Shown here piece by piece: positions 57,572 to 64,000 of a DNA stretch of 64,000 bases. The DNA comes from an uncultured Gammaproteobacteria bacterium (lineage in GTDB: Bacteria > Patescibacteriota > Microgenomatia > UBA8517). Under the pieces are notes generated by a model, which worked only from the letters and a program-made list of their open reading frames with translations, was not told the origin of the DNA and ran no database searches. The DNA lies in contig CAYRUS010000001.1 of NCBI GenBank assembly GCA_964427735.1, forward strand, positions 356,747 to 420,746, read 5' to 3'. Both the position numbers and the translations under genes were made by a program. Position 1 is the stretch's first letter; each line of letters opens with the position of its first letter.

Positions 57572-58843
57572 TTAGTGAGCTTTAGTATACCCTTCAGCTC
57601 TTGTCTCTCGTATTGCTGTTACTTTAATTTGCCCTGCATATTCTGCTTCTTTTTCAAGACGCTTTGCTATATTTCTTGCAAGAATTGTTAACTCATCATC
57701 TGTTATTTCATCAGGTTTTACTATAACTCTTACATCACGCCCTGCCTGAAATGCATAAACTGTTTCTACACCATTAAAACTTCCTGCTATTTCCTCGATT
57801 TTCTCCATTCTCTTCACATAGCCCTCATGTGGTTCATACCTTGCACCTGGTCTTGAACCAGAAATAGCATCAGATATCCAAACGATGACTGACTCAAGAG
57901 AAGAAAAAGGTTTATCTTCGTGATGCTCTGCTACCGCATTAATAACTTCTCTTGGAAATCCATGTTTTTTAAGTACTGAGACACCCACTTCAACATGTGT
58001 ACCTTCCTCATCTGTTACAACTTTTCCAATATCATGCAATAAACAGCCAAGTCTCACTGTCTCAACATCTGCACCAACCTCATTTGCTATTGCCACTCCC
58101 ATTTTTGTTTCTTCTATTGTGTGAACTGCTAAGTTTTGTCCATAGGAAGTTCTAAATTTAAAACGCCCTAACAACTTCAAAATTTCTGTTGGTAAATTAT
58201 AAACTTTAACTTCTTCAGCAATTTTTTTGCCTTCTTCCAGTAGAACATCATCCATTTTTTTGCGTGTTTCAGCTACGACCTCTTCTATTCTTGAAGGCTG
58301 AATTCTACGATCATTTATTAAAGTTTCCAAAGCTCTTCTAGCAATTTCTCGTCTGACAGAGTCAAAGGAAGACAAACGTATCTCGTTACTCTCATCAATT
58401 TCCAACTCTACACCAGTTTCCTTTTCAAAAGTTCTAATATTTTTACCTTCACGACCAATTATCCTTCCTTTTACGTCTTCGTTTGGAACTTCTACTGTAG
58501 ATATTGTAAATTCAGCAACATAATCTGTTGCGCCATGCCTCATTGCATCCACCAAAATTTCTCGTGCTTTATCTTTTGCTTCTTGTTGGACTCTTTCTTG
58601 TGCTGCTCTAATTTTTCGAGCAACTTCTCCTTTTATGTCTTTTTCAACCTCATCTAATAAAATCTTCTTTGCCTCATCAGATGTCATGTTGGATACCTTT
58701 TCCAAACGATCCTTGAGTTCTTCTGATCGGTTTTTGAGTTCTTCTTCCTTTTTATCTAGCTTTTCTTTTTCTTTTCTTAAATCTTCCACTAATACTTTCA
58801 GTTCATCTGCACCAATTTTTTGTTTATCGTTATTTGTTGACAT
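57572..58843 (-). CDS. rny: ribonuclease Y (no N-terminal TM anchor)
   Basis: Coiled coil, KH GRIIGREG, HD LLHDIGK, DAISGSRPGAR. Confidence 0.95.
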   Translation of the reverse strand: MSTNNDKQKIGADELKVLVEDLRKEKEKLDKKEEELKNRSEELKDRLEKVSNMTSDEAKKILLDEVEKDIKGEVARKIRAAQERVQQEAKDKAREILVDAMRHGATDYVAEFTISTVEVPNEDVKGRIIGREGKNIRTFEKETGVELEIDESNEIRLSSFDSVRREIARRALETLINDRRIQPSRIEEVVAETRKKMDDVLLEEGKKIAEEVKVYNLPTEILKLLGRFKFRTSYGQNLAVHTIEETKMGVAIANEVGADVETVRLGCLLHDIGKVVTDEEGTHVEVGVSVLKKHGFPREVINAVAEHHEDKPFSSLESVIVWISDAISGSRPGARYEPHEGYVKRMEKIEEIAGSFNGVETVYAFQAGRDVRVIVKPDEITDDELTILARNIAKRLEKEAEYAGQIKVTAIRETRAEGYTKAH

Positions 58844-58860
58844 GGGCTTAATTAATTTAG

Positions 58861-58954
58861 GAGATAATAGAGAAAATAGCTATCCCTCTGATCAGATTAT
58901 CAGAAGTCTTCTAGAAGGAAATGTGAATTGAATTTCCATATTTTCCCTAATCTC
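58861..58954 (-). ncRNA. structured RNA element upstream of rny (candidate cis-leader)
   Basis: Closing helix 58939-58954/58861-58878 encloses two hairpins. Confidence 0.5.
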
Positions 58955-58961
58955 TGGCTTT

Positions 58962-58990
58962 ATGATACAAGTTAAAATAAAAAATAGCAA
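58962..58990 (-). promoter_or_regulatory. sigma70-type promoter for rny
   Basis: TTGCTA-17 nt-TATCAT. Confidence 0.55.
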
Positions 58991-59025
58991 GAATTCAAGA
59001 ATTAATGATATAAAACATATAAATA

Positions 59026-59649
59026 TTATGTTTTTCTTTGGTACTTCTCAACTGCTTTTTTTATTACTTCCCAACTAAAGCCTTTTCTTGCCAAATATTC
59101 ATACATTTTTTGTTGTGTTTTGTCCTTTTCAAATCGTTTCCATCTACTTTCTCTTTTTTTTAATAAATCTAAGGCAATTTTATCTTCATCAACACTTACA
59201 TCTTCTAAGGTTTTTTTAATTAATTTTCTATCAATTCCTTTTTTTAACAGCTCAGAATACAGCTGTTTTTCACTTCGCGGACGAAAAGTGTTTCTTTGAT
59301 CTATCCACCATTTTGCAAATTTTATATCATCAACTAATTCCAACCGCTTTAGTCTATTAAAGAGTTTTTTAAATAAACTTGAATGTACTTTTTTTCGACT
59401 TAACCAGTCATTAATTTCTTTTGCTGAACGGGGACGGACCATCGCAAATTTTATAAGTTTTTCATAAGTTTTTGCAAATTCTGCTCTCCCAATTATCTCT
59501 TCAATTTCTTTTTCTGAATATTCACTTCCGACTTTTAAATTAAGTTTTACAAAATTTTCTAAGTCAATTCCAAAACCAAATTTATCATCAAGATAGATAT
59601 TTACACGGTTTTTATCCTTTTGTTGTTTTATTTTTGTAATCACTGGCAT
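59026..59649 (-). CDS. recX: regulatory protein RecX
   Basis: RPRSAKEI, VDDIKFA, ELLKKGI, LARKGF; downstream of recA. Confidence 0.9.
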   Translation of the reverse strand: MPVITKIKQQKDKNRVNIYLDDKFGFGIDLENFVKLNLKVGSEYSEKEIEEIIGRAEFAKTYEKLIKFAMVRPRSAKEINDWLSRKKVHSSLFKKLFNRLKRLELVDDIKFAKWWIDQRNTFRPRSEKQLYSELLKKGIDRKLIKKTLEDVSVDEDKIALDLLKKRESRWKRFEKDKTQQKMYEYLARKGFSWEVIKKAVEKYQRKT

Positions 59650-59709
59650 AAATGAAGTCTAACAAAAATTCGCATAAACTATTACTTGTAGAATTCTTAG
59701 GGAGAATAA

Positions 59710-60813
59710 TCACTCTCCATCAACATCGCCAATTTCTTTGGGGATTTTCTTTCCATCTTTAAGTGATTTTCTAATTTCTTCTTCAATTTTCTTTGCTAGC
59801 TTATCATCTGTCTTAAGAGCTTCTTTAGAAGCTTCACGACCTTGTGCGATCACATCCCCATTGTAGCTGTAAAAAGATCCTCTCTTTTCCACAATTCCAA
59901 GCTCAGTTCCTACATCAATAAGTCCTCCCATCTTGGAAATCCCCTCTCCTGCCATAATATCTATTTCAGCCACATGAAGTGGCGGGGCTACTTTGTTTTT
60001 AACCACGCGAATTCTGTGTCGCGAACCTATTGCCTTGTCTCCATCTTTAAGTACTTCAATACGCCTTACGTCAAGTCTCACAGAACAATAAAACTTAAGT
60101 GCTAAACCACCGGGAGTAGTCTCGGGATTACCAAACATCACTCCGATTTTTTGTCTCAACTGATTAGTGAAGATAAGAATTGTTTTTGACTTAGAAATAG
60201 CACCTGTTAATTTTCTTAGTGCCTGGCTCATAAGCCTTGCCTGTAAACCAATTACAGCATCACCCATTTCACCTTCTAATTCGGCTCTTGGCACTAAAGC
60301 TGCTACTGAGTCAACAACAATCACATCAAGAGCACCTGAACGCACCAAAGTTTCTGTAATCTCTAATGCCTGCTCTCCTGTATCTGGCTGAGATAAAAGA
60401 AGATCATCCAAGTTTACTCCAATGGTTTCTGCCCAAACAGGATCAAGAGCATGTTCAGCATCAACAAAAGCAGCTTGTCCTCCTGCTTTTTGTGCTTCTG
60501 CAACTACAGAGAGTGCTATTGTTGTTTTTCCTGAGGCTTCAGGTCCGTACATCTCAACAATTCTTCCTCGAGGAAGTCCACCAACTCCCAAAGCCAAATC
60601 AAGAGCGATAGCACCAGTTGAGATAGTTTCTACACCAACTCCACCTTTTGTTTTCTCTCCAAGTCTCATAATAGAGCCTTTGCCGTATTGCTTTTCAATT
60701 TGATCCATAGCAATTTTTATAGCTTGAAGTTTTTGAGAAGCATTAGTGTCTTTACTTTCTGCCTTACCAGTAGAAGAGTCATTATCTTTTTGAGATTTTT
60801 TCTTTCTAGGCAT
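59710..60813 (-). CDS. recA: recombinase RecA
   Basis: [40 protein letters not shown]; start placed at MPRKKK. Confidence 0.98.
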   Translation of the reverse strand: MPRKKKSQKDNDSSTGKAESKDTNASQKLQAIKIAMDQIEKQYGKGSIMRLGEKTKGGVGVETISTGAIALDLALGVGGLPRGRIVEMYGPEASGKTTIALSVVAEAQKAGGQAAFVDAEHALDPVWAETIGVNLDDLLLSQPDTGEQALEITETLVRSGALDVIVVDSVAALVPRAELEGEMGDAVIGLQARLMSQALRKLTGAISKSKTILIFTNQLRQKIGVMFGNPETTPGGLALKFYCSVRLDVRRIEVLKDGDKAIGSRHRIRVVKNKVAPPLHVAEIDIMAGEGISKMGGLIDVGTELGIVEKRGSFYSYNGDVIAQGREASKEALKTDDKLAKKIEEEIRKSLKDGKKIPKEIGDVDGE

Positions 60814-60951
60814 CTTAGGTTTACTTTTAACATAGTCCTGTAATAAATACAAGACTAATTAACTGTTTAATTGTTGCACGAATAAAACCCGAAGTCAACA
60901 CTGAATCTAGTTAAACCAACAATTTGGGTTAAATTATCTAAAGTTAAACCA

Positions 60952-62034
60952 CTACTTCTTGCTCAAAAAATAAGCAGCCAGATAAGTAGAGATCGGAACT
61001 GCAAAAATTAAAGCAGAGCTGCCAACCAAAGTTCTCACTATCTCTTCAGCAATAAACTCTGAATTGATTGTTACCCAAAATGGTAAGTTCTGATTAATAC
61101 TAAACAGCAAAAATAGCGGCATAGAAGCACCTGCATAAGCTAAAACAAGTGTATTTACCAAGGAAGCAATATGCTCTGTTCCTACACTAACTCCTCTATT
61201 ATAAAGACTTTTTATTTTTAACTTAGGGTTAGCCTTTCTTATTTCATCCACAGCTGCCACCTGGCTTGTTGTAATATCGTCGAGTACTCCTAAAACTCCA
61301 ATTATTATTCCACCCAACAAAAGTCCACGCATATTTATACTTTCAAAAGGTCCAAACTGCAAAAATGCAGCTTCCTCTGTACCATAACCTGTCAAGTTAG
61401 ACATATATACAAAAAGAAAAGATAAACCTGTTGCAATTACTAAAGTTATTAATGTTGCTGCAAGAGCTATAGAGGTTCTTTTAGAAAAACCATGAGCTAC
61501 ATACAAAGAAACAATCGCAATGACAAATGCTCCAAAAAGACTGACGAAAACAGGGTTAGATCCTTGTGCGATTTGAGGAACTATAAAAAGAGCTAAAATT
61601 AGAATACTAAAAACAAGCCCGAGTAGTGATGATGCCCCTTTAATACCAGCAAACAAAACTGCTGTGAAGAAAAATAATCCCAAAATTATAGCTAGTGAAT
61701 TAATTCTGTATCGATCGGTAACAAAAAAATTTTCTCCTGCAAGTGTAGAAGACATTACCACCACTATTGTTTCACCCGCACGAAGTTCCTCACCTTGAGC
61801 AAAACCGGTAAATTGTGCTTCAATCTCTTCACCTTTTCTTGAACCATTTTGAAGTCTTACGGATACAGTCTGCGGCTCTGCTTCTTCAAGATTTACTGCT
61901 TCAACTATTCTTGTCTCCAAAACTTCAGCTCGGTAGTACTCTTCAGAATAATTATCAACTTGAGCATCAATGCTACTTACTGATAGCACAAAAAAAGCAA
62001 TTATTAAATTAAGAATAAAAAATGGTTTATTCAT
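60952..62034 (-). CDS. YibE/F family membrane protein
   Basis: GVLDD, VNTLVLAYAG, EEIVRTLVGS; start placed at MNKPFF. Confidence 0.9.
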   Translation of the reverse strand: MNKPFFILNLIIAFFVLSVSSIDAQVDNYSEEYYRAEVLETRIVEAVNLEEAEPQTVSVRLQNGSRKGEEIEAQFTGFAQGEELRAGETIVVVMSSTLAGENFFVTDRYRINSLAIILGLFFFTAVLFAGIKGASSLLGLVFSILILALFIVPQIAQGSNPVFVSLFGAFVIAIVSLYVAHGFSKRTSIALAATLITLVIATGLSFLFVYMSNLTGYGTEEAAFLQFGPFESINMRGLLLGGIIIGVLGVLDDITTSQVAAVDEIRKANPKLKIKSLYNRGVSVGTEHIASLVNTLVLAYAGASMPLFLLFSINQNLPFWVTINSEFIAEEIVRTLVGSSALIFAVPISTYLAAYFLSKK

Positions 62035-62062
62035 TAAGTTAAGATATAATACAATATGCATA

Positions 62063-62695
62063 ATGGCAAACATTCTAGTTTTCGGTGACAGTATTACTTA
62101 TGGAAGTTGGGATTTAGAAGGAGGTTGGGTAGATAGACTTAAACATTCCTTGTTAGGAAAAAGTTTAGACTCAAAATTTGAAGAATACTTCGAAGTATAT
62201 AACTTGGGCGTTCCTGGTGACACAACTTCCGATTTACTTTTACGGTTTAATCGTGAAGCAAAGTCGCGTTTTGGAAATAAAGATAAAACAGTTGTTTTGT
62301 TCCAAGTAGGAGTAAACGATTCTACAGTACTTAGCAGCAGTAGCAGAAAAGTAAGCCAAAAAGAATTTGAGAAAAATTTAACTACATTAATAAAGGAAGG
62401 CAAAAATTATGCATACTTTATAATGTTTATCGGTCTTACTCCTGTAATAGATGAGCAAGTTTCACCTATTCCATGGAGTCCAAATGAAAGTTATATTGAT
62501 TCTGAGATTAAAAGTTATGATACCATAATTAGAAAAGTATCCAATAAAACTGGGGTAGAATATCTTGATTTATTCGATGAAATAAGTAGGGAAGAGTATA
62601 AGAACTATCTAGAAGATGGGGTGCACCCAAATTCAGAAGGCCACAGAATCATTTTTGAAACTGTAAAGGAAAATCTATTACGCCATCTCTTATAA
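62063..62695 (+). CDS. SGNH/GDSL hydrolase
   Basis: FGDSIT, NLGVPG, GVND, DGVHPN. Confidence 0.9.
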   Translation: MANILVFGDSITYGSWDLEGGWVDRLKHSLLGKSLDSKFEEYFEVYNLGVPGDTTSDLLLRFNREAKSRFGNKDKTVVLFQVGVNDSTVLSSSSRKVSQKEFEKNLTTLIKEGKNYAYFIMFIGLTPVIDEQVSPIPWSPNESYIDSEIKSYDTIIRKVSNKTGVEYLDLFDEISREEYKNYLEDGVHPNSEGHRIIFETVKENLLRHLL

Positions 62696-62709
62696 GTTAA
62701 GCAAGTTTT

Positions 62710-63225
62710 TTATCTCCGTTTCCTTCTTCTTTTATTAGCTTTCCGTTTTTTCCTTCTAAAAGCATCCTGTTCTGTATCTAACCATTCTCCTGCTACTCTT
62801 ATTTCATGTTCAATTTTCTCACTTAAATCTGTATTAATATTAGTCAAGAATAACTCACCTAATTCTATAACCTTTTCAAACGATTGGTTATAATTTTTTA
62901 GACGCTTATTGCGTCCATCTATACCCTTCCTGTTTTCCCTTCTCATTGAATACAAGAAACATAAACCCACATTTGAGACACCGTTTTTACTACCTTCAGA
63001 CTGGTAGCCTGTTGCTGAAAGTAAATATAACACCATCGCATCTTGATGACTTTCAATTTCATCTAGTTTTTTTGCTATCTCGCATTGAGAATAAGGATTT
63101 TGATGTACTTTTTTTTGAGAAAGCTCTAATAACTTACTCCGTATTATATTCGAATCTTTATATACAGTACAGGATCTTAGATCCCATTTAACTGCTTCTT
63201 TAAAAATAGACTTGAATATCTCCAT
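62710..63225 (-). CDS. hypothetical protein with Arg/Lys-rich C-terminal tail
   Basis: 171 aa ending RRKKRKANKRRRKRR. Confidence 0.6.
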   Translation of the reverse strand: MEIFKSIFKEAVKWDLRSCTVYKDSNIIRSKLLELSQKKVHQNPYSQCEIAKKLDEIESHQDAMVLYLLSATGYQSEGSKNGVSNVGLCFLYSMRRENRKGIDGRNKRLKNYNQSFEKVIELGELFLTNINTDLSEKIEHEIRVAGEWLDTEQDAFRRKKRKANKRRRKRR

Positions 63226-63244
63226 TTGTAAGTATCTTCTTGGG

Positions 63245-63315
63245 TCGGGGTACCAGGAATCGAACCTGGACCAGACGGCCCCCAGCCGCCTATTCTGCCA
63301 CTAAACTATACCCCG
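63245..63315 (-). tRNA. tRNA-Pro(GGG)
   Basis: Acceptor CGGGGTA/TACCCCG, anticodon arm GGCGG-CTGGGGG-CCGTC, T loop TTCGATT; followed by CCCA rather than CCA. Confidence 0.95.
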
Positions 63316-63375
63316 TATTCCTATATTTTACCAAACCTAAATATTTAACGGAAATTATTTGCTCAGCAAACAAAA

Positions 63376-64000
63376 CTAAAATAATTTTTGGCCTTGATTA
63401 GGCATTTTTAGACCTAAATGCTTATATGCATTTTCTGTTACTACTCTACCTTTTGGAGTTCTCTTAAGCATTCCCACACGCATTAAAAAGGGTTCATAAA
63501 CTTCTTCTATAGTTGCTGAATCCTCCGCAATCGAAGCTGATAAAGTAGATAGCCCAACAGGTCCACCTGCGTGTTTTTCTATCATTACTGTTAGTACCAT
63601 CCTATCATTGGCATCCAGTCCAAGTTCATCTACTCCTAGCATAGATAGGGCTTCATCCACAGCTTTTTTATTTATCACACTAAGATTGCTGACTTGTGAG
63701 TAATCCCTCACTCTTTTAAGAAGCTTCAGTGCGATTCTTGCAGTTTTCCTTGATCTTGCTGCTAGCATTTTTGCTGCAGTATCATCAATTTCAACTTCCA
63801 ATTTTTTTGATGCCGATTTGATAATATCAGCCAACTCATTATCTTCATAAAAATCCATCCTGTGAATAACACCAAAACGATCTCTTAAAGGTGATGATAT
63901 CTTTCCTATTTGTGTAGTTGCACCAATAATTGTAAATGGAGCTAAATCCAATCTTACAGTTCGAGCCCCTGGCCCCTTTCCTAATATCACATCTAGACGT
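63376..64000 (-). CDS. ruvB: Holliday junction helicase RuvB (5' part outside the window)
   Basis: FTIIGATT, PLRDRFG, GGPVGL, EPFL, RTPKGR. Confidence 0.96.
   Translation of the reverse strand, partial: RLDVILGKGPGARTVRLDLAPFTIIGATTQIGKISSPLRDRFGVIHRMDFYEDNELADIIKSASKKLEVEIDDTAAKMLAARSRKTARIALKLLKRVRDYSQVSNLSVINKKAVDEALSMLGVDELGLDANDRMVLTVMIEKHAGGPVGLSTLSASIAEDSATIEEVYEPFLMRVGMLKRTPKGRVVTENAYKHLGLKMPNQGQKLF

Noticed and set aside
3097-63191. Many 60-150 aa ORFs antisense to or nested in conserved genes (e.g. 3371-3637, 24693-25136, 48796-49197, 60422-60703)
   Set aside because: They are shadows of well-supported genes and have no motifs or start signals of their own.
63226-63315. Island integrated at tRNA-Pro
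   Set aside because: No duplicate of the tRNA 3' end and no integrase were seen; only one ORFan is adjacent.
1-64000. CRISPR array, IS element, integrase or prophage
   Set aside because: No regularly spaced repeats and no transposase, integrase or phage structural motifs were recognised by eye.
1-64000. Alternative genetic code (TGA = Gly as in Gracilibacteria)
   Set aside because: Conserved genes are full length under code 11, and recJ, recA and hup end at TGA at the expected positions.

Overview
AT-rich, gene-dense bacterial chromosome segment read with the standard code. Gene content and style suggest a Patescibacteria/CPR genome, probably Microgenomates; this is an inference from streamlined GltX/AspS, a dockerin protein, a type IV pilus locus, many ORFans and mostly leaderless-looking starts. 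The backbone is housekeeping: PBP1A, typA, gltX, aspS, rel, recJ, cca, secDF, nth, dtd, comM, miaA, hup, rny, recX, recA, ruvB, RNase P RNA and tRNA-Pro(GGG). No CRISPR array, transposase, integrase or prophage was seen. Best leads: (1) a polyprenyl-diphosphate synthase + UbiA prenyltransferase + 7TM histidine kinase + receiver cluster between the pilin locus and comM, a candidate isoprenoid-signal system for competence or pili; (2) a 1.2-kb integrase-less islet (NrdR-like regulator plus an unknown protein) bracketed by a 52-bp duplication of a gene 3' end; (3) a stand-alone cyanophycin-synthetase N-domain-like metallopeptidase behind 11-bp-periodic TGTAAG boxes, next to an orphan OmpR regulator; (4) a structured leader RNA in front of an anchor-less RNase Y. 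All calls come from reading the sequence and motifs by eye; no searches were run.
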